Positions 35,151-50,176 of a stretch of DNA of 63,502 nt are shown here, one piece after another. Position 1 is the stretch's first letter. Every line of letters starts with the position of its first letter. Below the pieces are notes generated by a model, which worked only from the letters and a program-made list of their open reading frames with translations, searched no databases and was not told where the DNA came from. A program made the translations under genes and the position numbers. The stretch comes from Paraglomus brasilianum (lineage: Eukaryota). The stretch is taken from assembly GCA_910592345.1 (NCBI GenBank), contig CAJVPI010000059.1:1-63502 (forward strand). The letters run 5' to 3'.

Positions 35151-38100
35151 TTCAGTCAATATCCCCACACTTTTCTCATATTATATGATAAACATTTTCG
35201 ACCACCTTTGATTGAATGCAAATTCATATTAACCCTTAAGCGTAGTGAGAAGAGGTAAATCCTAATGATGCGTAATTCATCATTTTGCGCGGATGAAAAA
35301 TTGTATCTGTTATTATAGTAAAACCGGAACCAAACTTTTAATGTATCTAGTTAACCCTTTTTGATACCCCACATAAAACACAGAATTAATTTAATGGCTC
35401 ACGTTTTATAGTCCTTCAGTTGTATGTACGTGGAGAATAAGCGGAGCAGAAAGAACGCGACGCGCGACATCATGGTTTCATGACGTTGATGAAACGACTT
35501 TTACGCTTTCCAATTCTTAGTGCAACCCAATTTCACAAGTCCGATATATGATGAATTTGCCTAATATTGTGAATACCTTAACTGAGGGTTGTGATAGATT
35601 GTCGAAACGCTAGCAAATTTGAAACATTTGTTATTACAAGAATCCCACTCGGAAAATTCCAATAACACGTCTCAACTCAAAATAAATTTACTATAAGATT
35701 TTACATTATTAAGGTTCAAATTAGCAAAAAAGTAAAATGCCTTCTTTATTATTTATGCGAAATGGACAAGACTGCTAGTGCGAACACTCCTGGGGTCTTC
35801 TTCTTCATACGTACATATCCTTTGTATTTATCAGCATATTCTTCTGTAGTTTTAAGAGAAAACAATTCAAAAAGGCAATGACTCCAGAGAACATACATTT
35901 GTGAGTATGGGGAAATACATTTTTATCAATTCACGTGCCCAATGAGCCGTAAACAGTTACATCTATCCACTCGAAAGTTTGGTAAGTATGAGCTTTACCA
36001 CGGCTTGTTACTTGATATTTCACTAATAACTATTTCTCTTAATGAACATTCCCGTTAATATTGATAAGCGTTGGCATTTCAACACAGTGATAAATTGCAG
36101 AGGTAGTAGTGACTATGCTCTTATTAATTAAATATTAAATGCTAGTGGTAATATTCAATCGATATTCCTCGTAATCTTTCGGATAGTCTACCCATTCTGT
36201 CCTAAAATTCCGCGCTTCTGTTTCGTTGAGGTGCAGGACAAACTACATTGTCAGTTTTCAGGACTTCTTTTTCCATGTACAAGTCTTTTGCTTCTTTAGT
36301 TAGGATGTACTGGCGGATTGCGCTTTTTCCAATAAGCTTCAGCAGACATCTATGCTGACGAGGACGAGGAATATCGGTGTCAAAAAAGTGGTAAGTTCCA
36401 TTAATATACATACTGCTGCCTTTTGACTATGACGCTGTCTTCACTTTTGCTCAAAACTCACCACACAATATCTATTCAAACACACTGGGCAGAACATGCT
36501 CAAGTAAGCGGATTCCACGTGTGGATAATGTACAGGCGGAATCTGAACGCCAGAAAAAAGAAGAGGCCTATTCGAAAGAGGCCAAAAGCTTAGTCGCTTG
36601 GCGGTGGGTTATACGTGAACTCTTTGTAATGAGGATTCAGACTCCTTCGAATGATCCGGGTGTGATTCAATAGTTTGTAAGAGACACCTGGGAGGGGTGG
36701 GAGTGAGGACCCCGTCAAAAGGCTTTTCGAAGTCCTTTCGGAACTTGCGCGACAAGTCCATAAGCGCAAGTATCCAAACTACAAATACATACCCAGGGAG
36801 AAGAAGGATAAAATAAGAAACTTAAAGAAGAAGACCCTGGATATGTATGTGTTCTTTGATGGGATGGAGGCAAGTCTTTACTGGTCAGAATGAATTTATT
36901 TGGGTATTTATCCATGTCATGTGAAATGATTGTCCTATATAAGGCATCCGTATGAAATGATTGACATAATACCTTACAAAAACATGAATTTCTTTTTTTT
37001 TCTCATCTTTGGCGAAACTAAAACATGTGTGGTTCGGTATTTACGTCAGTGTATGCCAAAACTTGTTCAGCCACGGGTCTAGTACAGATGAGGAAGTCAG
37101 ACGAACAATATCAATTGCTATTCTCTCTACTTACATGTTGAATGTTGAAACAGAGAAATCGGTTGCCGCCCTAAGGAACAATATCTGTTGTTTATGTCTG
37201 AATTCATCGTTTGGGACACTATACATGAGTGAATCGTATGTTAATCGTCTATTACGGCTCTGTTGGGAATGGACATACATAATGGCATGTAAACTCAGGC
37301 CAAAGCAAACGTAAGTCATACGAACATTATGTTAACCAATTAAACCTCTCAGAATATGCCCATCAGCAAATAAAGCACTTTACGTGGACTGTAATAATAA
37401 ATCCTTACCTGCTAATCGGAAGTAGAACGTGCTCAATCGTAACTGTAATGAGCAGTTGAATCCACCGAACTAGGACTTCTTCAGGCCTCCCGATCGCACT
37501 CCGAAGATGGTAAAAGCCAACCGGGAGGAGTCCTTGGTATATGCAGATGCAGCACAAGCTCAAACGCGCGCAATTGCGGCAGCATCAAACACAACGCAAA
37601 TTGCGGCACCACAACGCAAATTGCAATACCACAGCATCCAAGCGCAACATCTCTCCTTGACTATATCTGAGAAGACAACATGCTTGAGATTAACCAAACT
37701 GAAAAGGAAGGGCCTAGAACCCTACCACCACACCCATCGACAAACACATGTGCTGGCTGGTGCTCTAATTCCTAATAGGCTATTGGCCGATTCTATTTAG
37801 ATTTATCTTTTTATCGTGTAGTAGTAGTGTTCAAATTAAGGAATAATCTCCTTTTTCTATTACAAAGTTCAGAATAGCTTACCTTAATATACATGCTTAT
37901 AAATAATATTCTGATTTCTTGAAAATGGTTCCAATGGCTCAAATAAATATCAATTATTGTTAGAGCGAAAGATGCTTTATACAAAGACATAATATCAATG
38001 TGTCACATATAATAATCAATTGAAACCTTTCAACCCATGAGAGTTTTAAAAATGAACATTGAATCGATCTTTAACATTATAAGCACATTTAAAGATAACT

Positions 38101-41100
38101 AACGTATGAGCAGTTTATCAGAGATACAAATAGTAGTAGGGCGAATTATTCCTATCTCCGCAGGACGGATGAGTCAAAAAAACTTGTTATCTGATTAGAA
38201 CAGCTTAACAACATTCTATATCCATAAACAGTCGCTTTTACACCTTCACCACTCGTCATACAAACCAGTATTGCCTCTCTTCGCCCGACGTTGATTATCA
38301 CGTATGTCAACGTGGGATGGAGAATGATTTATTCTTGGGCTAGCAGTCGATTTGCTTAGTTGACATGTCAATTAATCCTACGCTCGTTCGTAGTTGACAA
38401 AGGAATATACGCAACGGTTTTTTTTGTGTAAGACGTGTAAATGACTGCAGAATACAAGAATAGCGTAATTCTCTGATACGATGCATACAGGAATAATCCA
38501 CTTTTTATATTTTTTTATATTTTATAAATAGATAATGATCACTTTGTCAGGACGTAGATAATGTGAAACAGCCAACTCGTTGATATTAAGAATCAAAGTA
38601 ACTGGATTCTATTTTTACATTGACAACTTATTTAAAACTTTAAGACTACTATATATTTTCTTGTTTATACAATTTGAAAAAATTTAGAAATAATAATAAT
38701 ATTCATTAAGAATATAATGTCAACATTAAACATCATATATCTTGTTTCACATCCAGTGCTTCTTGAGTTTTAAAAATAAATAAAATAATAAATAAAAAAT
38801 AAAATAAAATTGTCTGCTGCCGCTGTAAATTTCTTTCATTATCCGGAGGCAATGTGCAATGCATAAGGCAGAGGGCAGAGTTAAGGCAGATAATGTCAGT
38901 CTCTTTTTTCGGCCCTCAATTGCATGACTTACGATATACGCAAATGGTAGAAATGGTAAAATGGCAAACAAGTGGCAGGAAAAGATGGCTTGTACTTGAC
39001 TGCACTTTGGAACTTGCAAATTTGATAAGCATTCTAAACGCAAATAAAATATTTATTTTTACCTGTAAATGCTTAAAGGCTTATTTGTCTGAACTGTAAC
39101 TTTTTTCTTGCTTCTACTCATGTGCTTTGTTCCAAAGTTGGCGCCAATAATGTCATTTTATATTTATGTTGAATAAATAGTAGACTGGACTGTTTGACAA
39201 TCGTCAAATAGTAAATCATAATTATAATATTCGCCTTTATATAAATCCAGTTTTTTTATAATGTCTATGTCATCCCACTCTAACAAAACGATGCATTTTT
39301 AATATCAATAAGTCTTTATTATATTGTTATCTATGATCATTTTGTCTAAGGTTGTTATTCATATATTTATGTTACAAATTTACACTTCCACTTGTGCAGT
39401 ACTTCAAGCCTAATTTTTTTAGCAACGTCTAGTTGTTTTGATGGATGCAATAAATACAATCTTTTCAAGACGTGTTGGATTAGGATAATCAGCAGAATTT
39501 TACAATACAAGCTTGTATACAAAAACTTTTAACTTTAACATGCATCAATGAAGCTGACAGACATAAACTTGTTAGAATAATGCATAAAGCTCACCCACAT
39601 CCCTCTGTAGGTAAATATCTTTCTATTTGGTATGCTTTGAAATAAATAATTTCAACATTTGATTGAACACTGTAGGTGTTCAAAGTGTTTTGACTGTAAA
39701 TTGTTCAGATAGGTATAAAATTTGATCATCAAATTAATATTAATGTAAACTGGCAAATTGTTTTGATTTCTATACTTTAATACTTCTTAATATTAAGGAA
39801 AGTAGACAAAAAATTAATAGATAAACCCATTGAGCCAAAAATAAAATAACAAATTTTATTTTAGTTGCCCATATATAATTGATATTATTCTATACTTATT
39901 TATTATGCAAAAAATGGTGCCAATGGCTTACTTGTCAGTAGGTTGTATTTTCGTACTTGCTCGAATAAAACCAAGTAAAGCAAATTTTAAGGCAATTGTA
40001 GGGTTTACTTTTCATGTAAAAAATATATACATCAGTAGGAATTTTATTACAACAGCCGACAAGTATAAGTATTGAATGAAATAGGCAGTCAACGAAAACT
40101 TGAATATAAAACAAAACACGAAAATTAAAATAATAATAAATTATTTTACAGAACACATGGTAATAGTAATAAAATTAAATGTTATAGATTGGAACACAGA
40201 ATTACGGATAGTAATGTATAGAATTTTTTTAATAGCATATATTAATATTACAATAATAACTAGAAAGCGATGTCGAACAGACAGTTGTTGTGGCAGATTA
40301 ATATTAATATACTCTAAATCTTATCCTATCCCAATCCCAAAAAAAGGGCCCCAAAATTTTAAATTTCAGTTTATTTAATCCGATTTCGTTTTAAAAAGCT
40401 GTAATACTCCTTACGAAAATTGGTTATCACGTGTCAACAATAACTACCAATTAGATCGTGACTAACAATTTTCGTGTTGCTCAAAACAAACTTGTTTATT
40501 ATTATTATCGCGTAAGGTCGTGGCGTGCGTGGTGGTCAGCGATAGCCGAATGGAGAGAGAATGCTTTCCCTGTTAAAATCGATTTCAGCGACGTGACGCT
40601 CGGTCACAGAGTCTTCTATGTAAACAAATAATGCTACTTAGACCTTTATCCCTTCCTCCCTCGAAAACTTGGGCTTGGCTTTTTTTTTTTTTTAACGGGA
40701 GAATTATTCAGATATCAAATGGAATAAACAATTTGCCGGCATAGTTTATTTAATACATGCTTTTAATATACATTCTTCAAAAAAGCTATTCAAATGTCCA
40801 AAAAGCCATTGGAAGGCGACATTCGCCTGGATTATAGTTTGCGCTGTTCTCCCCGAATGCCATCGGGCAGATTCCGCTTGGCAAGCATAGTTGCCACCTC
40901 ACTTCCCCTAAAACCTTATTCTCCTTCGGCTTAACGACGGTTCGGGAGGGCGAAAATTTATTGGAGAAAATAACGTCTGCTGTCGGCAATCCTTAATATT
41001 AAGAAGTACCCACCCGAGTAATACGGTTATCATACAAAGGAAGATGTACCGACCTGGAAAATCGAACCTGAGAAATTCAGTTTCAGTCGAACTAACCTTT

Positions 41101-44100
41101 GAAAGCATACATATGTGCAGCAGCAGTAATTGAATGGAACAACAAAAATGCTGCTGCTGCTGCTGCAGTCATGCTTTCGCGTTCTTTATTAAGCTCTGGT
41201 GGCTCACTATTTTCAAATGACAGAAATTTATTTGTGGCAATAGAGTTTACGAGTAGCGTATTTTCTCAATTGTGATAGCAAAAAAAAATTATTATTATGT
41301 ATATTTAGAATCATAATTCATTACCATCGGATAATTGTTATGTATTCAAGTCTTCCAACTCTTTTTGATATGTCAATGGAACGCATATATACAATATGCA
41401 ATATACGTGTATTCGAGTTTGCTTGTTAAGATAATTGTCTGTTTAGTATAATGATACATGTTTCCATAGTAATGCGAATATTATTCTAGAGGTTAAACTT
41501 CAATCGTACATCATGACAATCAGCCATTTCGTTCTACCACACGAATTGGGTTTTAAGCCAGTCTAGGTTTGATGTTACAATACGTCATCTACTTGGTATT
41601 TCTTAATTGGCTTTCTCCATAACCCCACTAGTAAGGCCCTTCGCCAACCAATGTTCTTTTCCTTGAATGTGTATATACCCTCATTTGACGCAGATATTAT
41701 CTATGTGCAATCAAATGCTTTGCTGCTCTTGCATGATTCAAACACAACAATTCTCTCAAACAATGCCTTTATGTCATCCGTTTCTTGATTGTTGGACAAT
41801 TCTCAGTTTGGACGGCATATGCGTTCTGGCTGTATAAAAGTAATTCGGAGGTAGTATGCGAGATCACAGTGGATTGCATGGTGCAGTAATGGTATCAGGC
41901 AGAGTAACAATCCCAGGATTGAATGGACATGCGTTCATCGTGAATCCAAACACAAAGCGAAATGATTTCGAGTGAAGGTCATATCTGTAATGGGATGACA
42001 GATCTTAGACAAGATAGCAAATACCACCAACCGTGATTTGTCACCTCGTCACAGCCTATCCAAACCCCAACAATCAATTTTCTAAGAATTCGCATATACA
42101 TTACCGCTTCTGGATGAGTAGATCCTCAGTTCTTTCTATGTTTTGCCACACTTCACAGCTGCTTATATCGCGTTCATCGTGATTGTAATCTGCGAACCTT
42201 TTTGATTGAGACAATAAGACACGGTGATAGGCAACGCGAAGAACAGTTATCGAAAATGTGAATTGAATCGCAAATGTGACTAATCTAATAATCAGACATG
42301 AAAAGATAATAAATTTCGCATGGTTTTCACCACAGAACACGTGAGCCTTAGAACATGAACCGATGGGAAATAGGTATAAAGGAATGAAGGAGAGATTTTA
42401 CATGAAATCAAAAAGATACCTGCATTCACCTTCAAGGTTTATTGTCAAATTTTCTCGTACGCGTTATAAAAATAGCAGAAGATGGAATTTCAAAAGTCGA
42501 TATAGTTCGTGGCGCTTCTTTAATGGACGTTGATGGGGCGTATTGCTATGAGATTGTGTAAGTATATAGGAACAATATGATATTCTTGGAAGAATGAACG
42601 TTGGAGAACTGAGAAATTGTATCAATGCACGTGCAGAAATGTCAATTACATTCTCACACGCAGATCAACTTCGAAAAGATTAAGTTGATCAAGATTATCA
42701 GGAATTTCTAGATTAATTTGTTCAGTCAACACACAGTTAACCGTCGCCCGTGTATATGGTGTCAGCATGGCGTCTAAAACAACAAAAAATCCGATCCTTT
42801 TACAGAAAGAGCACTTCACAAAAGATCTAAAAACAGGAATGCCTGTAGAGTTTTATAAAGAGTTTTATTTGCTGTTGTTAATATATAAAAGTGTGAAAGA
42901 GAGTTATTTGGTTTTCGTTGAAACTCTGCCGAATGAGGTATGTAAAGGGAGAATAACGGGTCGTGTGTATTTGCTACTGATTATGTCTGGTGATGGGTCG
43001 CGTTAAACGAGAAACGTATATATAGCTCGCTCACTCATACCAACAAAATTTCATTCGTATTATTTATATCGTATTCATTGTTTCGTTCCTTTCTTTTCCG
43101 TTTCCATATCTAGCCACCTCCAGTCTGGACTTCAACGGATAACTCCCATAATATCATATACGCTCCGCATTGGTATGATCTAAAATCCGTCTTCAATAAG
43201 GCATCCGATGGATTGATCACCTATGATGTTCAAAGTCTAAGGAAAGGAAAAATGTCGTATCTGCTACTTACTCAAAGCGCCAAGAATAATTACACGGGTC
43301 AAGTGAGAAATACAGTTGATTAATGTTGAAGAGTCATAGGGGAATGTGGGATACCAATAGGGCATTTGAACAGGAGATTATACGCATCATAGCAACTCTT
43401 TTCGGACGCGCCATGGAGAAAAATCTTGTTAATTTCACGTAAGTTTGTTTTCCAAAGAGGAAGTAATGGTACAAATTGATGCTTTAACGCACATAGGTCC
43501 GTAAACTGATACCATGTTAATGATACATTTATAATGTCAATCTATTTATTGCCTCAGCCTTTGGGACTATAATCCAACAAACGATAACACGTATGGTGAC
43601 CACTGGAATGGAGAAGACTTTTCCATCTACTCTCCTCTGCCAAAATCCAAGACAATGAATTTCACTATTCAAACAATAATCAGCAGATGATAAGAAAACG
43701 ACAAAACACAGGCTAGTTAAAAAAGAATTGAAAGTACAGACTGTGTTCGAGAATGAGAGAACAAAGATAGGAAAGAGATGCAGACAGTAAATATGGAACA
43801 GAGAAGAGCCCTACCAGTCCGTTCGAGTTGATGCGGGTACATTTTTGGGATCAGGAGGATGAGATCATCGTCATCATATTGGAGGAAGAGTGTTGGATGT
43901 TGTGTTGGTGAGAATGTGATGTTAGAGTTGGTGGTTACTGCCGTGTCATGATTTACTGTTCTTACTCTTTATTTCATTTCCATCTTTGTCTAATGATCGA
44001 TATCCACTATCTTCTCCGATTTCTACAAGGTATAGTTCCCAATTGCCTTGTCAGCGCTATGTGTGGAGACCTACACGAAGATGGAATATTGGTTCATCAA

Positions 44101-45796
44101 CATGGTGGTAGTCATTTCTTATCCGTTTTAACAGGGTAAAGGAATTGGTTTTGCTGTTATCCATAACAGGTATGAATAATACGAATGTTGAAATAAGGAA
44201 TTGTAGAAAAAAATTTTACGCATGGAACCAATACTACTCGCAAGATCACTTCCTTTGATCGGATTACTCATAGAAATTGATAACGTTTGATTTCATGAAT
44301 AGATTCTCCGTTTCCGCTGCCGCTGGGGGACGTGTTCGGTTTGCTTATAGGACTATCGACATTGTCGTGTTTTTTTTTCTCATGACAGGTAGAATGATAA
44401 TGAATGTTGGAATAGGAATATCGTTATGGAACAGAAGCGGTCATTTTACGATACTCTCCGAGATTTAAATAGACATTACCTCGTATTTTCAATGTGATTC
44501 ATAATAGCCCTGTTGAACGGAAGCCATTATAATAGTTGTAATCCACAGAATGTAACGCGGATAATTTGGAGTATACAGAATTTTGCAAGGAAGAGACTGG
44601 GGTTGGAAGAGAGAATAACACAAAACCGAGTCTATGAATAAGAGGACAATAATGCATAAGCATCATCAGGAGATGCTAGAAAGGTATGTTTCACTATCTG
44701 AATGAAAACACGAGTGAATAGAGGTGATTTTAATAATAGCATTGAAAAGTATATGAAGGAGGGTTGGCAGGTTAAAAAATTGGGGTTTGGGAAGAGCGAT
44801 ATAAGATCCAGAAGAGGTAATGTTCATGTTGAGCTGCTTATTTATATTCACTTTGATTTTGTCTAGGAACATTCACCAAAATCCAATAATTTTGCTCACA
44901 GACGTCAAGTAATATTCAACATGAATGAAGTTGATTTAATGGTGGGAGCTGCGGTGTAATCGTATTAATGTTCGGGACTTGTCTCAGTTCTGGACTGAGA
45001 TGAGATGGTCCCGAACTGAGGTACAACATTAACACGTTAGTCAGCCACTATACAGCTGTTGATGTTTAATAACGTATTTGCAGCTGTTACGAAAATCACG
45101 TTAACAATTCTGCTCGCTGATCAATAATGTGTTTATTACATTAATTAAATAGTCATTAAATAGTCATAGCAGTTATAAACGAGTGACCTATACGTTTTAA
45201 CCGATTTGATAGTGTAACGCAAAGGACGGTTTATTTATGCTATATTGTCGCACAATAAAAGCCAACCTTATTGTAGTATTGAAATAATTTGTAACGCGTA
45301 CTGTTTTTGTGACGCGTCCTGTAAATCTTTATTTAAAAGGTCGTCTGCCATAACAAAAGGCCATTTCGTTACTCGCTATTATCTCTCACCCTCAGTACTG
45401 GGTTACGGAAAAGCAGTCTTTATCATGGCATTCGAAAAGGATTAAGCCTAGAATATGGTACATTGAACTTAATATCTTAAACTAAAATTTCACGACTTTG
45501 CCTACCCAGCATACATATTAATAAATCTACTATCAGATATTACTTTACGAGCGGTAGACACACCCAAACGAGTTTATTCGAAGATAGTCAAACAGAGAAG
45601 ATTACTTCAAGTCTTTTCAGCTCATATCGCTGCTGCAGTTACCGGAGAGGAGAAAAACTCTAACAAAGGCATCATTCAAGCGAGAACTTTCAGACTTTGG
45701 GTTTCATGCTCCGTACGGCATCTATTGTTGATTGTAAGAGTCACAAATACACTTCGAATCCAGAACTTTTGGAACGTTTGCAAGATCAACATACGT

Positions 45797-46069
45797 TCTC
45801 ATCTTCAATAGAGAACACAAGTCCCGTTTTTTTTTCATGGTGTTCGGGCTCACCTATTCCAATAGGTGAAAAGAATGGAATTACTGGAACTTGGGACTGT
45901 TATTTCAGAATTCACTAAACAATTTAAAAAATTTATATCGTTTAAAATTTTACATACCTCCTCATCTTCAATGGAGAATACAAGTCCCGTTTTTTTTTCA
46001 TGGTGTTCGGGCTCACCTATTCCAATAGGTAAAAAGAATAGAATTACTGGAACTTGGGACTGTTATTTT
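45797..46069 (-). repeat. Tandem ~110-bp duplication, each copy ending at a GTATGT donor on the minus strand (duplicated exon of a decayed gene)
   Basis: 45797-45907 and 45960-46069 are near-identical. The minus strand reads ...PIGIGEPEHHEKKTGLVFSIEDE(E/N)|gtatgt in both. Confidence 0.75.
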
Positions 46070-46446
46070 ACTAACACTAAACACATTTATTTCATTGAAA
46101 CCTAAATTTGAAACCGTTTCATAAAATAAAATTTTTGTTCACCATCATCAGATGACGCGATAGGCTTAATTTTTGAGATGTCATAATATTCATCTGTATT
46201 TATAATTCTTATTATTCTTATTATCATAGTAATAATTTTTTGGAGAAATTTCCGAAGAGTTAAGACTGCCTTGTCTATGGTCCTAGATATGGGGGGACAA
46301 AAGTATTGCACAGTTGTAATTTATTTAGTTCGATAAATTTTTTATATTATATAATTTGCCTAAATGGGATCTTTATTTTGATTTAATAAACGTGTTGTGA
46401 TGACGACAAAATAAATTAATAAAAAATTACCTTGGCGCACACATAC

Positions 46447-47212
46447 ATGGGTCTTGCCAAAGAGCTTATTGATTCTCAAAAAGGTGGTATAATTGCAGCC
46501 AAACAGCGGTTTTTTGCAGCTTACGAATCAAAAAAAAATCTCCGCAAAAACGATCAGGTCGGCCGCGCATTCTCAATGACAGAAATTGAAAATCTCTGTT
46601 ACTGCGAACAAAAAATCATGACAACAAAATCTGAAAGAAATTACTAAAACAATTTCTAAAGCTAAAAACAGTTTGCCGTGCACTTCATGAAGAAAATTTG
46701 CGTTCTTGCATTTCTTTAAAAAAGCCTCATTTCAGAAAAAAATCGGAAAATTCGACTAGAGTTGGCAATGGAAAGAAGGAGTTAGACTGTTGCAGACTGG
46801 AAGAAAGTCATATGGTCGGATGAATTTACTTTCTCTCAGTTTCAAAAGTCTGGATGGGGCCGGGTATGGCGAGAACCGGGGCGGGGGGAAAATTGTATCG
46901 CATCAACGGTGAAGCATTCGCCCCAAAAATGGTTGGGCATGTTTTCTTATTTAAAATTGGGAAGGTTTGATAACCGGTGAGGCTGCAGTTGAGGTGGCGC
47001 CGAGAAAACGCAATCCTCAGCCTTCAAATGTTCACGAACTTGAGAAGAAAAGTGGAATGCGCTTTCGCTATATCGTAATTTCAAAACCATATAATAAAAA
47101 AAAATTATTGTCACTTACGCAGTGCTTGCAGACAAGAGATATTTTTGAAAAGAAAGGTTTTTTATACACTATCAAATTTTAAATCAGTCTCGCGACTTTT
47201 GTCATGGGAGTG
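46447..47212 (+). mobile_element. Degenerate Tc1 transposase with right-hand TIR
   Basis: MGLAKELIDSQKGGII (HTH), ISEKNRKIRL, DWKKVIWSDE, RVWREPG, CIASTVKH, RNPQPSNVHELE, with the catalytic core deleted. Ends CGCGACTTTTGTCATGGGAGTG|TA. Confidence 0.85.
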
Positions 47213-49494
47213 TACGATCGAACTTGTATTATCAAAAGACTTTATTCCATAATTAAAATATTTAGAACATCGGAGACATTGAAAATTGAGTGAAGATTCT
47301 ACTGTTTATGATATAAATTGTGGGCATTGCACTAAGAATTATTCTACCAATAACGCATCATACAATAGAATTGCAATGTCCTACACATGTATATCGGACG
47401 AAACCTATACATTCCCTTTCCTACACCCTCCAATGTCTGTCTGTCTTATATTAGATTTCCCATTCGCAAGAATAAATTGAATCTTTCCGCATTTTCTAAA
47501 TGCTTGTTCGTCTTCCTTGCCACATATAGTCGAATCGGGATAGTGTAGCACAGTATCACGTGATACACAGGTACTGTTAAGTATTAGTCGATAAGATGGC
47601 TATGATACTTGTAAAGAATGTTATATCTGCAAAGCTAATTTTACCACATTCAGGAGGGAAGCATCATTGGCGAACTTGCGGTAAATATCCACATTCTGTT
47701 ACATAAACATAATTTCCCAACGATTAGCTTCCATGTCTTTGGTTTTAATAAATTGGGCCTGATATTCTGCTTCAAATACAGTCATGATGGCGGGAGTCTG
47801 AGTTTAATGAAAGACGATGGGTTCAGGAAAATTCTTCCCGCTGGATTATCCCTATTCACGAGCATTACATGGGATTGGGCCCAGCCACTTGATTCGTTCG
47901 AGCGCGTAATTTAGATGAAGTTGTTCCCGCCGCGGTTAATCCCGAAAAGGCAGAATTAGCGAGTGATGAGGACAGTGAAGATCATCAGTATGAATCATCC
48001 TTCTGTTGCATATCGTTTCGATTTCTGGCAAAAAAATTTTGTTATGCTGACGTTTGTGTTTATCGGTCGTAATTCAACACTTTATATAGTCTTAATCAAT
48101 GTGCTAGTATAATGAAGTTGCACCGGGCAGAACCCGTTCCATAATTCGGAGAGCAGCACGCGCGTGGAAGGACCTTGACGAAAGGTGGAACTCGACATTT
48201 AGGAGTGCCCTCTCCAAGGGACAAGATCGTGCCCTCACAATTCACACCTCTGACGGTCAGTTTTGTTTGTTTTTTTTTGTATATTTTACTTGATGGGCTT
48301 CAATACTAGTCGCATAACGATTTAGCCACTGATGCTATAACCATCTACACTTGCACTACATCCTTAGTCTTTCACCGCACCTCTCGCTGGTAACGCGATG
48401 CATACTATACGAAGAGAAAGGGAGGCGATCAAGAATAGATTATCTTATGTGTTGAATAGCTCTGCCGTATGACGTTACTAGGAATATTTGAATACGGGGA
48501 AAATGGCTATGCATCAGGAAATGGTAGAAAGAATAGTTTCACCATCGTAGAGGTGATCCTAGTCAAATATGTAGAGCCAATAGTTTGGCCGCTACGGGAA
48601 GTATGTGAAAGAAGAGTGGAGATTGGAAGAGCGAGAGGAAGATTTAAAAAAGGATATGAGAAAAGGATTCATATTCATTGAATCTCATTTTTGGCGAGTA
48701 AAAAATGGAGAGATAAAATACTAGGTAATGACGCAGTGTATCTTAACTATTATGAAGAGCGTACTGTCTTTAAGCGTCACGGAATACTTTGTACAGCCGG
48801 TTAACAAGTATATAAATTGTGCTTTCCACAAACATCGAACAATAGATTGTTTGGTTCATAACAATCTCTCATTGAACGCCGATAGTTAGGTCAACTCAAA
48901 AGACGGACATCTATGCAGTTTCCCAAACGCCTTACAGTATCTATAAAAAATTGCAACATGTTAATTATCATGCCAGCGGGAATGTTTCGTAGATTAGGGC
49001 GAACGACGATTTCAAGATGTCGTTTGACGGTCCTCTCTGCGCGGAACAGAAATCGCTGCTATGCTGCAAGTGGTATAACACTCTAGTATCGATGATATAT
49101 TATCAATTGTCAGATCGCACATCAAAAATCATGTCTGTGCTGTTGCTCTTTAAGTAGTTCTTCACCTGACACCCCGCTTTTTGCCAACAATCTTTCACTC
49201 GGCCAACCCCATGTAGCACTTTTCAAAGCCTCATGTAATGATTCATCTATCTTCTGGCTGTTTGTTTGAATTTCTTCTTAATTAAAGTTTTGAGCATGCT
49301 ATTGAATGCGGGCAGCCTAGACAGAATCAAAGATATTAAGAATAAACATGAGCAGCTACACATATTCGACAATCCTTTTCCCTGTGCCTTTTTCCAAGTG
49401 TTCCTCTTGCACTTCCGAATTCCCAAACAATCTTATTCAATACTAAAACTATCTTTCATCCATCCTTCTAATCGTAGACTATCATTTCTACCCT

Positions 49495-50176
49495 TCCTAA
49501 TGCATAGCGCATCACCTTCGTCACCGTCTTCATTCTTCAGGTTCTAATGACGCTTAAAGGTTCGAAGAAAATATCCTTCCTCTTTATCAGTACAATTTTC
49601 CTCTTATGAAACTTTCTAGACATCATTGCATCATCACTTGTGGTCTTCTTCGATTCCATGTGTCAAGGTCGGAATGTTGTTGGACTGGTCGGAATAGTGC
49701 GTATTGTGTAATTCGCGTTTTTTACAATTCTACCGGAAAAATCACATGGACGGGCGGACTCCGATTAAACGCTCGTGAATTCAAGAAAATCTTCTGGTCC
49801 TAGAAGTTATGAAACGGAGAGGTACGATCAGCATCTGAGATGATATTGTTGACAGTCAGTAATAATACGAAGGTTCATAATTAATACAGACATTTTCCAA
49901 ATATTACAACAATTTCCGTTTCGATTTCCTCATCTGTAATTCACAGTTTAAGTAATGCCTGCTACCAAGGACTGTCTGCTTGTGAATTTAAATGAAAGTG
50001 CTAACATTACAGACTTATACAAAAACAGGATCACATTACAGACGGAACTACTTACAATGTCGTTCGGTATCTGCAATCCCGCCCCGTATTAATTAAGGTA
50101 TAAGTAAGAACTTGATATTCCTTAACCGTTTTATTGGCATGGGCTCCATAATTCCGCTTTTACGATGACAGCATCG
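49495..50176 (-). repeat. Copy B of the dispersed degenerate sequence (paralog of 29186-29810)
   Basis: Reverse complement matches copy A block by block. It retains segments deleted in copy A, for example ~45 bp near 50085-50128. Confidence 0.85.

Noticed and set aside
36560..36680. C2-domain-like TRIIRRSLNPHYKE on the minus strand
   Set aside because: A single short motif with no supporting collinear segments.
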